From an uncultured Rickettsia sp. (GTDB lineage: Bacteria; Pseudomonadota; Alphaproteobacteria; Rickettsiales; JABSSG01), in NCBI GenBank assembly GCA_964515755.1, contig CAZEVK010000001.1, positions 962 through 64,961 on the forward strand: 64,000 bases of DNA, read 5' to 3'. Shown piece after piece: positions 48,438-58,079 of this stretch; within the stretch, counting starts at the first letter, position 1, and every line of letters begins with the position of its first letter. A model generated the notes under the pieces. That model worked only from the letters and a program-made list of their open reading frames with translations, searched no databases and was not told the origin of the DNA. A program made the translations under genes and the position numbers.

Positions 48438-50246
48438 TTATTTATGAAAATATCTATAAATTTTTTCAGCAATCGTGCGATTTATTGTCTCAACTTGCTG
48501 TAATTGGTCGATTGACGCATTTTCAATATGCTCAACAGAACCAAAAAAACTTAATAATATTTTCTTTCTTTTTCCGCCAATACCAGGAATCATGTTCAAA
48601 ACAGAAGTTTTAATAGCAGCAGAACGTTTCGCTCTATGACTAGTAATTGCAAACCTATGAGCTTCATCTCGTAGAATTTGTAAATATTTCATAATTTTAC
48701 TATTTTTATCTAAGGTAAATTCGCCCTTACCTAAAGTAAAAAAGCTTTCTCTTCCAGCATTACGGTCTACACCCTTAGCAATACCCACTAAGAAAACTCC
48801 CTCTATTCCTAATGTTTTAATAACATTATGTGCCACAGACAAATGACCAGCACCTCCGTCAATTAAAATTAATTCAGGCTTAGGTAGATCTCTTTTAAAT
48901 CTTCTAGTTAACATTTCTTTCATCATTGAATAGTCATCACCGCCAGTATCTTTGCCAACATGGGTAATGTTATATTTACGATATTCTTTTTTCTCAAAAC
49001 CATCTTCACCTGATACTACCATCGCTCCTACAGCAAATTTACCTGATATATGGCTGTTATCATATATTTCTACCCTTTTGACTTCTGTTTGCAAACCAAA
49101 CAACAACTCCATTTCTTTGAGTATTGCCTTATGGTAAGTTTTGGTATTAAGTTTTTTTTCTATTTCACATTTAATATTACTAAGAGCAAATTTAATCAGT
49201 TCATGTTTCTTACCCTGCTTTGGTGCTTCAATTTTCACTTTATGGCCGCAAAGGCCTGCTAACGCTTGCTGTAATAAATTACTATCTGTAATTTGATTAC
49301 TTAATGCAATCAATGGGGGTATATGGTTATGTTGATAAAATTGTAACATAAAATTACTAAGAACTTCGTCAAACGCTGCTTCCTCAGCATGTTCAGGAAA
49401 ATAAGTTTTATTTCCTAAATTCTGACCTATTCTAAAAAAGAATATCTGCACAGCAACAATACCACCTGAATTATCAACAGCAATAACATCTAAATCACCT
49501 ATTTCGTGTAAATCAACTATTTGCTTAGCTTGAATATAACTTAACATTTTTATTCGATCTCGATATTGACTAGCCTCCTCATAAGCATATCTATCACTAG
49601 CTTCATGCATTTGTTGAGCTAACTGCTTTTGCAATATAGAATTTTTACCGGAAAGAAAATCTTTTGCTTGTTTAACCAAGGATAAATAATCATCATGTGC
49701 TATCTTATTAACGCAAGGAGCTGAGCATCTTTTAATTTGATATAATAAACATGGCCTTTTTCTACTTGCAAAATAAGCGTCTGCACATGACCTAACTAAA
49801 AAAATCTTTTGCAAGTAAGATAGAGCTTCTTCAGCTTTAGTCGGAGAAATAAATGGCCCATAATATGAACCCTTAATATCCTTAATTCCGCGGTATTTAG
49901 CTATCTGCGGATAAGGATGATCTTCTCTAATCAATAAATACGTAAATGATTTATGGTCTTTTAATAAAATATTATAACGTGGTTTAAATTTTTTGATTAA
50001 ATTAGCTTCCAGTAACAAAGCTTCTAATTCATTATTAGTCTTAATAATATCAATAGCATCAATATTTGTAATCATATGACAAATACGATTAGAATTTCCA
50101 TCAAAAGTAGTATAATTAGCTAACCGATTGCGTAAATTCTTAGCTTTACCTATATAAATAACATCGCGCTTTGAATTAAAAAATTGATAGACCCCAGAAG
50201 AATTTGGCACAATTCTTAAATAACTCTTTACTGTTTCGATACTCAT
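48438..50246 (-). CDS. uvrC: Excinuclease ABC subunit C
   Basis: GIY-YIG (GVYQFFN...VIYIGKAKNLRNR), UVR domain, and C-terminal Endo V-like and HhH domains. ATG at 50246; the track start is a TTG extension. Confidence 0.9.
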   Translation of the reverse strand: MSIETVKSYLRIVPNSSGVYQFFNSKRDVIYIGKAKNLRNRLANYTTFDGNSNRICHMITNIDAIDIIKTNNELEALLLEANLIKKFKPRYNILLKDHKSFTYLLIREDHPYPQIAKYRGIKDIKGSYYGPFISPTKAEEALSYLQKIFLVRSCADAYFASRKRPCLLYQIKRCSAPCVNKIAHDDYLSLVKQAKDFLSGKNSILQKQLAQQMHEASDRYAYEEASQYRDRIKMLSYIQAKQIVDLHEIGDLDVIAVDNSGGIVAVQIFFFRIGQNLGNKTYFPEHAEEAAFDEVLSNFMLQFYQHNHIPPLIALSNQITDSNLLQQALAGLCGHKVKIEAPKQGKKHELIKFALSNIKCEIEKKLNTKTYHKAILKEMELLFGLQTEVKRVEIYDNSHISGKFAVGAMVVSGEDGFEKKEYRKYNITHVGKDTGGDDYSMMKEMLTRRFKRDLPKPELILIDGGAGHLSVAHNVIKTLGIEGVFLVGIAKGVDRNAGRESFFTLGKGEFTLDKNSKIMKYLQILRDEAHRFAITSHRAKRSAAIKTSVLNMIPGIGGKRKKILLSFFGSVEHIENASIDQLQQVETINRTIAEKIYRYFHK

Positions 50247-50263
50247 AATTCTACTTTTAAATA

Positions 50264-50286
50264 ATATCCACAAAAATTGTGGATAA
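50264..50286. promoter_or_regulatory. Inverted pair of DnaA-box-like 9-mers
   Basis: ATATCCACA (50264-50272; 8/9 to TTATCCACA), aaaat, TGTGGATAA (50278-50286; perfect reverse complement of the consensus). Confidence 0.4.
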
Positions 50287-50539
50287 GTATGTGTATAACA
50301 TTTGTATGATAGTACTCAATAATCCCTATTACTATCACTTTTATTACTTTGCTTAAAAATTAGGCAACCATTACCAATAGATTGAAAAATAAGAGTTCCA
50401 TTATAAAATAGTTAGTTATCTTAATAAGCCATGGAAGTACCAAAACAGTTTAAATATACATATATAATTATACTTCTAATTGTGTATAATTATATTATCA
50501 CCATTGACAAAACTATATAAAATAGACTCTAATAGTGAG

Positions 50540-51337
50540 ATGACTCATTTAATTAATAACATCAGATATGTCACTGACAATAGCAAAAAAGCACAAACAA
50601 TCTATAAGTTTTTAACTGAAGAAATTGAGATAAAAGAAGTTTCTACCAAACAAAAACCAGACCTAATTATTGTTATTGGCGGAGACGGTACTATGCTCCA
50701 TGCTATACATCAATTAATGGATTTAAATGTAGCATTTTATGGAATTAATACCGGACATATAGGTTTTCTAATGAATCAAGTTCCAAGTAATAAAGTAACT
50801 AAAAAAAATTTTTTAGCAATCTTAAGTAACAGTAAGCCTGTAACTATTCACCCCCTAGAGATGGTAGCAGAAACCAAGGATCATAAAAAAATCAAAGCTC
50901 TAGCTATAAATGAAGTTTCAATACTTAGAGAAACGCACCAATCAGCTAAACTTACCATTAAAATTAATAATAAAACACAAATGAAAGAGTTAATCAGCGA
51001 TGGAATTATGGTTGCAACTCCTGCCGGAAGCACAGCATACAATTTATCAGCAGGAGGCTCTATTTTACCAATAAGCTCTAATTTACTAGCTTTAACACCA
51101 ATTAATCCATTTAGACCTCGAAGATGGCATGGAGCATTGCTACCGCATAGCACTAAAATCACAATTGATGTTAATGACTCAGATAAAAGACCCGTTAATG
51201 TAGTGGCCGATTTTAATGAAGTACGTAAAGTAATAAGCGTTTCTGTTAAGGAACAATATAAAAAAACTATAACTTTACTTTTCAATTCCACTAATAGCCT
51301 TGAAGACAGAGTAGCTAAAGAACAATTTCTTAGATAA
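50540..51337 (+). CDS. nadK: NAD kinase
   Basis: DLIIVIGGDGTMLHA and ATPAGSTAYNLSAGG. ATG at 50540 preferred. Confidence 0.88.
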   Translation: MTHLINNIRYVTDNSKKAQTIYKFLTEEIEIKEVSTKQKPDLIIVIGGDGTMLHAIHQLMDLNVAFYGINTGHIGFLMNQVPSNKVTKKNFLAILSNSKPVTIHPLEMVAETKDHKKIKALAINEVSILRETHQSAKLTIKINNKTQMKELISDGIMVATPAGSTAYNLSAGGSILPISSNLLALTPINPFRPRRWHGALLPHSTKITIDVNDSDKRPVNVVADFNEVRKVISVSVKEQYKKTITLLFNSTNSLEDRVAKEQFLR

Positions 51338-51471
51338 TAAAGCAGTTAATTTTCATTAGCTTATTCTGGGCAAACTAAATATTTTCTTGTTTATTACTTA
51401 GGTCTTTGATATTATCCCTTTAACAATATCATTAAAAATCACTATTAAACTTGTAAAAGCTAGGTAGCGAA

Positions 51472-51999
51472 ATGAAGAAATATTTACTAAATATACATTA
51501 TGTTTTAGCATTATTTATGCTAGTTGGCTGTACACCTTTTGAGTCTAAATATAAAGGTCATTATAAAGTAGGTAGTAGCTATAAAATTAAAAATAAAGTT
51601 TATACACCTCGAGAAGTAACTTTCTATAAAAAAGAAGGTCTTGCTTCCTGGTATGGTGCAAAATTTCATGGCAAAAAAACTGCTAATGGAGAAGTATTTA
51701 ACCGAAAAGGTTTAACGGCTGCCCATCAAACTCTTCCTCTTCCAAGTGTAGTTAAAGTTACTAATCTTAAAAATAATAAATCGGTGGTTGTTGTAGTTAA
51801 CGACAGAGGACCATTTGCACACAAAGAACATAGAATTATAGATCTGTCTGAAAAAGCAGCTGAGATTATAGATATGAAAAAACAAGGAATAGTAAAAGTA
51901 GAGGTAGAATTATTACCTAGTTCAACAGCTAGATTGCATAAATACCTCGCTATTAACACTACTAAAGGGCAACTAAAACCAAAAATTAATATAGGATAA
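51472..51999 (+). CDS. rlpA: Septal ring lytic transglycosylase RlpA family lipoprotein (DPBB domain)
   Basis: Lipobox LVGC. SWYGAKFHGKKTANGEVFNRKGLTAAHQTLPLPS...VVVVVNDRGPF. Confidence 0.85.
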   Translation: MKKYLLNIHYVLALFMLVGCTPFESKYKGHYKVGSSYKIKNKVYTPREVTFYKKEGLASWYGAKFHGKKTANGEVFNRKGLTAAHQTLPLPSVVKVTNLKNNKSVVVVVNDRGPFAHKEHRIIDLSEKAAEIIDMKKQGIVKVEVELLPSSTARLHKYLAINTTKGQLKPKINIG

Positions 52000-52006
52000 T
52001 TACTAC

Positions 52007-53176
52007 ATGTTAAATTACTTTATAAAAATCATTTCAATAATAGCTTTAATTCTTACAGTCTCAAATTCTTACGCCATTGAAACAACAGCAAAACAAGCAT
52101 ATCTTATAGATGCAGCAACTGGAACAGTTCTTTTTGTTAAAAATGAAGATGAAAAAATGGCTCCATCTTCAATGAGTAAATTAATGACATGTTATTTAGT
52201 TTTTGAAGCTTTAAAAACCGGTAATTTAAAATTAGAAGAAGAAATAAACGTAAGTGTAAATGCATGGAAAATGCAAGGTTCAAAAATGTTTGTTCCGGTA
52301 GATAAGAAAGTGAAAGTCGAAGACTTAATCAGAGGTGTCATTGTCCAATCAGGAAATGATGCGTCAGTAGTATTAGCCGAAGGTATGGCAGGAAAAGAAG
52401 ATGAATTTGCAAATCATCTAAATCATAAAGCTAAAGAATTAGGAATGACTAATAGTAGCTTCAAAAATTCCACTGGTTGGCCAGATCCAGATCATTATAC
52501 ATCTGCAAAAGACTTAGCAAAATTAGCACAAAGCTTGATTAATGAATTTCCAGAATATTACAAATATTTTTCAGAAAATGAGTTTACTTACAATAATATT
52601 TCACAGCCTAACCGCAATATCTTACTCAATAAAAATATAGGCGTTGATGGTTTAAAAACCGGACATACTGATATAGGTGGTTATGGAATTGTAGTTTCTG
52701 CAGTGCGTAATGACCGTCGTTTAATTTTAGTAATAAACGGTTTAAGTAGCGAAGCTGAAAGAGCTGCAGAAGCACAAAGCTTATTAAATTATGGGTTTAT
52801 GAATTTTAGTAACGTTACTATAGCAAAAGCTAATGACGCTCTTGTTTTAGCCAATACATGGATGGGTACTTCCGATAAAGTTGAGCTAGTAACTAAGAAA
52901 GATATTGTTATTACTGTACCAGCAGAACATAAAAAATCTATTAAAGGAACAATATGTTATTTATCTCCAATTTATGCACCAATTACTACTGAACAGCCTC
53001 TTGGAAAAATGAATGTTCAAATAAATGATGCTAATCATGACTTTGAACTATTTGCGATACATGAAATGGATACATTACCTATGTACAAAAAAGTGTTGGT
53101 ATGGCTTAAACATTTCTTTACGCATTGGAGTTTTTCTCCACATAAACAAGAAGAAATTTTGCACATAGTTTACTAG
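52007..53176 (+). CDS. dacA: D-alanyl-D-alanine carboxypeptidase (PBP5/6, peptidase S11)
   Basis: SMSKLMT (SxxK), SGND (SxN), KTGHT (KTG) and the C-terminal PBP5_C domain. Confidence 0.85.
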   Translation: MLNYFIKIISIIALILTVSNSYAIETTAKQAYLIDAATGTVLFVKNEDEKMAPSSMSKLMTCYLVFEALKTGNLKLEEEINVSVNAWKMQGSKMFVPVDKKVKVEDLIRGVIVQSGNDASVVLAEGMAGKEDEFANHLNHKAKELGMTNSSFKNSTGWPDPDHYTSAKDLAKLAQSLINEFPEYYKYFSENEFTYNNISQPNRNILLNKNIGVDGLKTGHTDIGGYGIVVSAVRNDRRLILVINGLSSEAERAAEAQSLLNYGFMNFSNVTIAKANDALVLANTWMGTSDKVELVTKKDIVITVPAEHKKSIKGTICYLSPIYAPITTEQPLGKMNVQINDANHDFELFAIHEMDTLPMYKKVLVWLKHFFTHWSFSPHKQEEILHIVY

Positions 53177-53359
53177 AAAACACTCTTTGATTTTTGTGAT
53201 AAAATATTTTCTACATGTTACAAGTATTATTAACTAGTTATATAGCTAGTTAATAATATTTTACTAGATTGCATTTTATGCTTTATCGAAACAAATTTTT
53301 GATATATCATTTTAAAAAAAGTGGCTTAGGTCGCTGTTAAGTAAATTTAGGATAACTTA

Positions 53360-54358
53360 ATGATTAGTAAGTCTAATAATAACTTTTTTATTCTTCTATG
53401 CACAATTTGTTTGCTCTTTTTTCATCAAAATGAATCTTTTGCTATTACAAAGAAAAAATTGAAAATTCCTATTCACCGTCTAGCTCAAGCTAGTTTAGTA
53501 GTAGATGCTAATACTGGAGAGGTTTTGCATCAACTCAATGCTGACAAGCAATTACACCCAGCTTCATTAACTAAATTAATGACATGTTATATAGCTTTTG
53601 AAGCAGTTAGAAGAGGAAAACTGACTTTTAACACACAATTACCTGTTTCAAAATACGCAGCTTCAAGGCCGAGAACAAAACTTGGTTTAAAAGCTGGCAA
53701 TACAATTAGTGTAAAAGAAGCTGTCCTAAGCTTAATAGTTAAATCTGCGAATGACTCAGCAGTCGTTCTAGGAGAGGCGATTGGAAAAACAGAAAGTAAT
53801 TTTGCTAGAATTATGAATAAAAGAGCAAAAGAGCTAGGTATGCATAATACAAATTTTGTCAACGCTTCAGGCTGGCATCATCCTCAGCAAAAAACTACTG
53901 CTAAAGATATGGCTAAGATGGCGATTGCTTTAAAGCGTGACTTTCCCGAATTTTATCCGCTATTTTCAAGAACTAGCTTCTATTATAAAAGCACAAGGCA
54001 TAAAGGTCATAATTATGTAACTGAAAGCTTACATGGCGCAGAAGGAATGAAAACTGGTTATACCGCAAAATCAGGCTGGAATTTAGTAACTACTGCTAAG
54101 CGTGGATCAAAAAGTCTTGTTGGAGTTGTTTTAGGAGAACATAATGCAAAAGTAAGAGATAGTAAAATGATCAGTTTGATTAACCATCATTTTAAAGGAG
54201 TACAAGTATTAACCAAAGATGGCTTTGATAATGATAATAATATTAAAGAAATAGCTACTAAAATAACAACTAAAAGCAAAAAGAATGTTTTAAAAGTAAG
54301 TGCAACACAGCCTAGTTTAAAGAAGAAACGAATACCCGGCTTAGGATCAGCAGCTTAG
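53360..54358 (+). CDS. Second D-alanyl-D-alanine carboxypeptidase paralogue (peptidase S11), with no PBP5_C-like domain evident
   Basis: SLTKLMT, SANDS, KTGYT and a basic C-terminal tail. Confidence 0.8.
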   Translation: MISKSNNNFFILLCTICLLFFHQNESFAITKKKLKIPIHRLAQASLVVDANTGEVLHQLNADKQLHPASLTKLMTCYIAFEAVRRGKLTFNTQLPVSKYAASRPRTKLGLKAGNTISVKEAVLSLIVKSANDSAVVLGEAIGKTESNFARIMNKRAKELGMHNTNFVNASGWHHPQQKTTAKDMAKMAIALKRDFPEFYPLFSRTSFYYKSTRHKGHNYVTESLHGAEGMKTGYTAKSGWNLVTTAKRGSKSLVGVVLGEHNAKVRDSKMISLINHHFKGVQVLTKDGFDNDNNIKEIATKITTKSKKNVLKVSATQPSLKKKRIPGLGSAA

Positions 54359-54414
54359 TATTTACAAAATCTGCCATTACTGTTAAAGTTCATTTAACTT
54401 AATTCTATTTACAT

Positions 54415-55422
54415 ATGCAAATACAATCACCAGAAAATGTTGCAAAAGCTTTTGGCAGAATTTCTAGCCATACTAATCAGACTCCATTGATTACTTCAAG
54501 TGTTTTAAATAATTACTTAGGACATGAATTAGTTTTTAAAATAGAAAGCTTTCAAAAAACAGGATCATTTAAAGTACGCGGGGTTTTAAATACCCTCCTA
54601 AATTTAAAGGAACAAAAGACACTTCCTCCGAAAATATCCGCGTATAGTACCGGAAATCATGGCTTAGCACTTGCTTGGGCTGCTCAAAAATTTAATATAA
54701 AGCTGAATCTATACTTACCTAGTTTTACAGCAAAAATTAAACAAAAAATTGCGCAAAGTTATGGTACTAATGTTATATTAACAAAAAATAGATCTGAAGC
54801 TGAAGAAAGAGCATTTACGGATGCTTTATCAACTGACTGTATGTTGATTCCACCGTCAGATCATGATGATATTATTGCAGGCGCAGGAACCTCTAGTTTT
54901 GAAGTATTGAAAGATGACCAAAATTATAATGCAATTTTTGTTCCTTGTGGTGGCGGGGGATTAGCCTCAGGCACATACTTAGCTACAAAATTATTATCTC
55001 CTAATACAATGGTCTTTGCAGGAGAGCCAAAGCAAGCAAACGATGCTGCAATCTCTTATCGCACCAATAAAATTTTTAGATTCAAGGAATCACCTGAAAC
55101 ACTAGCTGATGGAGCAAGAACTTTAGGTATTACTGATCGCATATTTAATTATATAAAACTAATAAATGGCATTTTCGAAATCTCTGAAAGAGAAATTGCT
55201 TATTGGACTATGTGGACCAATCACTTACTTAAAATAGTCAGCGAACCAACTACTGCTCTTGCTACTGCTGCTGCACATAGATGGCTATCAACACAACAAG
55301 ATAAAAAAAGAGTTCTAATTTTATTAACAGGTGGCAACACAGATAACGAATCTTATCAATTAATATGGTCAAGAAACTGTTTAGACACTAACCCAAAGGA
55401 TTTTAATTATGATGAAGAATAA
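54415..55422 (+). CDS. PLP-dependent threonine/serine dehydratase-family enzyme (serine racemase / hydroxyaspartate dehydratase-like)
   Basis: PLP-lysine motif FQKTGSFKVRG and a glycine loop VPCGGGGLASG. Confidence 0.75.
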   Translation: MQIQSPENVAKAFGRISSHTNQTPLITSSVLNNYLGHELVFKIESFQKTGSFKVRGVLNTLLNLKEQKTLPPKISAYSTGNHGLALAWAAQKFNIKLNLYLPSFTAKIKQKIAQSYGTNVILTKNRSEAEERAFTDALSTDCMLIPPSDHDDIIAGAGTSSFEVLKDDQNYNAIFVPCGGGGLASGTYLATKLLSPNTMVFAGEPKQANDAAISYRTNKIFRFKESPETLADGARTLGITDRIFNYIKLINGIFEISEREIAYWTMWTNHLLKIVSEPTTALATAAAHRWLSTQQDKKRVLILLTGGNTDNESYQLIWSRNCLDTNPKDFNYDEE

Positions 55423-56338
55423 AATATTTGCTATAGCTCTCATTCTTTTATGCTTTAAAAACGCAACAGCATTTGCAAAAGAACTAACTATACTTACAAC
55501 AATTAGGCCAATATATGGCTTAGTAAAAGCTGTTTCTGGAGATAAAAATCAAATTGAAATACTAGTTGATCAAAACCAATCTCCTCATGAATATAATATG
55601 AAACCATCTGACATAATAAAAATAAAATCAGCTGATCTGATTTTTATGATTAATGATAGTTTTGAATTTAACTTATCATCTTACCTAAAGAAAAAATTAC
55701 CTAAAAATAAAGTAATTAAATTTAGTCAAAACCCTCAAATTATTCTTCTAAAAAATAGAGAAAATTTTGAGTTATTAAGTAATGATGAAAGCGATCATCA
55801 CCATCACCATTCACATGACTCAGATGATTATGATATGCATTTCTGGCTTGATCCAGATAATGCTCAAATTATGGTTAAAGAAATAGCTAACACGCTTAGT
55901 GATGCTGATCCAGAAAACTCCAAATTTTATCAAGCTAATGCTATAAAATTTAATAACGAGATAAAAACTTTGGATAACAAATTAAAAAATATCTTCATAA
56001 AACATAATGAGCCATTTATAGTTTTGCATGATGCTTATCAATATTTTGGTAAACGTTATCATCTACAAAATGTTGGAGTAGTTATAATTAATCACAATGT
56101 AACACCTGGTATTAGAACTATGCAAGAGCTACAAAATATTATTGAAGAAAATGATGTCAAATGTATTTTTGCCGAGCCACAATTCTCTTCTAGGATAGTA
56201 AGAAAGATAGCTGAAGAAACAAACATTCACGTAGGAATTATTGATGTAGAATACGGTGAGGTTAATTTAAAAGAAAATGCTTATATAACATTATTAAGTA
56301 ATATCGCTGAAAATATGACTAAGTGCTTCAATGAGTAA
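55409..56338 (+). CDS. znuA: Zinc/manganese ABC transporter substrate-binding protein (ZnuA-like) with a His/Asp-rich loop
   Basis: Cluster-9 SBP layout. SPHEYNMKPSD, the DESDHHHHHSHDSDDYDMHFWLDP loop, and HDAYQYF. Confidence 0.8.
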   Translation: MMKNKIFAIALILLCFKNATAFAKELTILTTIRPIYGLVKAVSGDKNQIEILVDQNQSPHEYNMKPSDIIKIKSADLIFMINDSFEFNLSSYLKKKLPKNKVIKFSQNPQIILLKNRENFELLSNDESDHHHHHSHDSDDYDMHFWLDPDNAQIMVKEIANTLSDADPENSKFYQANAIKFNNEIKTLDNKLKNIFIKHNEPFIVLHDAYQYFGKRYHLQNVGVVIINHNVTPGIRTMQELQNIIEENDVKCIFAEPQFSSRIVRKIAEETNIHVGIIDVEYGEVNLKENAYITLLSNIAENMTKCFNE

Positions 56339-57166
56339 TTACTGAAGCTTCATATACTCTTTTGCAAGTCTTACAAATTGCTCAACAGATAAGTTTTCTG
56401 CACGTAAACCATCATCAATATCAGCATTTTTTAAAATTTGCTTCGCGCAATAAGTAATTTTACTCAAGCTATTGCGAATAGTTTTACGTCTTTGATTAAA
56501 AGCAGCATTACAAACTTTTTTTAACACTTCATATAGCTCTATTGAATAACCATCCCTAGTTTTTGGTATGATATTAATCACCGAAGAAGTAACTTTCGGC
56601 GGTGGAAAAAAAGCTGTTGGGCTAATATCAAATCCATGAAAAACATCAGCACTAAACTGAGTTAAAACAGATAAATTTCCATAAGATTTGCTGTTAGGTG
56701 TTGCGGTAATCCTATCTGCAACTTCTTTTTGAAACATTAAGGTTAAGCTATTGAATAAATGACTTTTATCTAACCATTTAAATAATAATGGTACAGAAAT
56801 GTTATAAGGTAGATTTCCTACTAAAGTAAGCTTCTCACCTAAAGTTAAGGTTTCTTCTGAAAAATATAAAGCATCTCCTTCAATAACCGTAAGTTTATCA
56901 GAATATTTTTCTTGTAATAATTCTAATAGCTTCACAAGCTTGTGATCAAACTCTAAAGCAAAAATCATTTTTGCATCACTACTAAGGAGAGATCTGGTTA
57001 AAGCTCCTGGACCAGCACCAATCTCTAAAACATTAGCATTTTTGATTCTTGGAACATGCTTAACTATTTTATCAGTTATGTTACTATCTAATAAAAAATT
57101 CTGCCCTAGTTTTTTTGAGGGAGAAAGTTGATAAATTTTTAGCAATTCAGAGATCTTTGGTATCAC
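56339..57166 (-). CDS. rsmA: 16S rRNA (adenine1518/1519-N6)-dimethyltransferase
   Basis: KKLGQNFL and VLEIGAGPGALT. GTG start. Confidence 0.9.
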   Translation of the reverse strand: MIPKISELLKIYQLSPSKKLGQNFLLDSNITDKIVKHVPRIKNANVLEIGAGPGALTRSLLSSDAKMIFALEFDHKLVKLLELLQEKYSDKLTVIEGDALYFSEETLTLGEKLTLVGNLPYNISVPLLFKWLDKSHLFNSLTLMFQKEVADRITATPNSKSYGNLSVLTQFSADVFHGFDISPTAFFPPPKVTSSVINIIPKTRDGYSIELYEVLKKVCNAAFNQRRKTIRNSLSKITYCAKQILKNADIDDGLRAENLSVEQFVRLAKEYMKLQ

Positions 57167-57172
57167 TTACTG

Positions 57173-58075
57173 TTACTTGTTATAAATCTCAATAAATGTT
57201 TTTTTACTGAGATTTTTCATGTAATAATCTGTCTGTAACGCTACTTTCTTGTCAAATATAGAGGCTTTCAACTTTCCTATCTCATCTTGTGAAAGTCCAG
57301 AGTCTTTACCACAGAGAATAAAGAATTGCGCATTTTTATTTGCTAAAAAAATTGGTGCTTTCTGCTCAACATTAACATTAGATAACTTATTATATAAATC
57401 CGGTTGAACATCTTTTACTTTCTTTTTAACATGAGATAATTTTATATTATCTTTTAATTTAATTTTTTCAGCATCACTACAGCTCTTAACCTTAGAAAAA
57501 ACTCTGTTTAATTCAGCTTTTTCTTCATCAGTTTGGCCAGTAGTAAATAAATAAAAATCAACATGATAATTTTTAAAATATTTGCTTTCTAAATACTCGT
57601 TTAATTCCACATTACTAACTTGAACTTTAGGAGCAATAATATTTTCCAACATTTTATCCCATATGATACTATTCGTGATTTGTGCTAAGGCATCTGCTCT
57701 ATTAATATTTTTTGACTTAAGAAAAGTATCAAACTGACCGGCAGGAATATTTTGTTGTTTTTCTACGTTAGATATTACATTATTAATTTCTTGCTCCGTA
57801 GCACTGATTTTAAGCTTTTTAGCTTCTTGTATGAAAATTTTTTCATTTATTAAAGCCTGTAATACTTGTCTTAAAAGAGCATGTTCTTCTTCACCTGTTG
57901 TGATTTCTAAATTATTTGTCGCCACAATAACATTATAACGTTTTTGTACATTATTATAGGTAATTACGTCATCACCTACAACTGCCATTATTTTAGCTCC
58001 AGGCTCAATTTCTGCAGATGAAATTGCTACCAAACTAATACATACCAACATGAAATATACTACATATCTTATCAT
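57173..58075 (-). CDS. surA: SurA-like periplasmic chaperone (SurA_N; parvulin region degenerate)
   Basis: Signal peptide followed by IMAVVGDDVITYNNVQKRYN...LRQVLQALINEKIFIQEAKKL. Sits in the conserved lptD-surA-rsmA context. Confidence 0.7.
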   Translation of the reverse strand: MIRYVVYFMLVCISLVAISSAEIEPGAKIMAVVGDDVITYNNVQKRYNVIVATNNLEITTGEEEHALLRQVLQALINEKIFIQEAKKLKISATEQEINNVISNVEKQQNIPAGQFDTFLKSKNINRADALAQITNSIIWDKMLENIIAPKVQVSNVELNEYLESKYFKNYHVDFYLFTTGQTDEEKAELNRVFSKVKSCSDAEKIKLKDNIKLSHVKKKVKDVQPDLYNKLSNVNVEQKAPIFLANKNAQFFILCGKDSGLSQDEIGKLKASIFDKKVALQTDYYMKNLSKKTFIEIYNK

Positions 58076-58079
58076 ATAA

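Noticed and set aside
50264-50540. Possible chromosomal origin (oriC), given the consensus DnaA boxes in an AT-rich intergenic region.
   Set aside because: There are only two good boxes and two weak ones. The hemE/dnaA/dnaN context expected for alphaproteobacterial origins is absent, and I cannot compute GC skew. It is kept only as a possible regulatory site.
55793-55822. A run of His codons (DHHHHHSHD) that looks like an engineered His-tag.
   Set aside because: It lies in the middle of a ZnuA-type substrate-binding protein, at the position of the natural His/Asp-rich metal-recruiting loop of that family. The mixed CAT/CAC codons are embedded in Asp/Ser residues.
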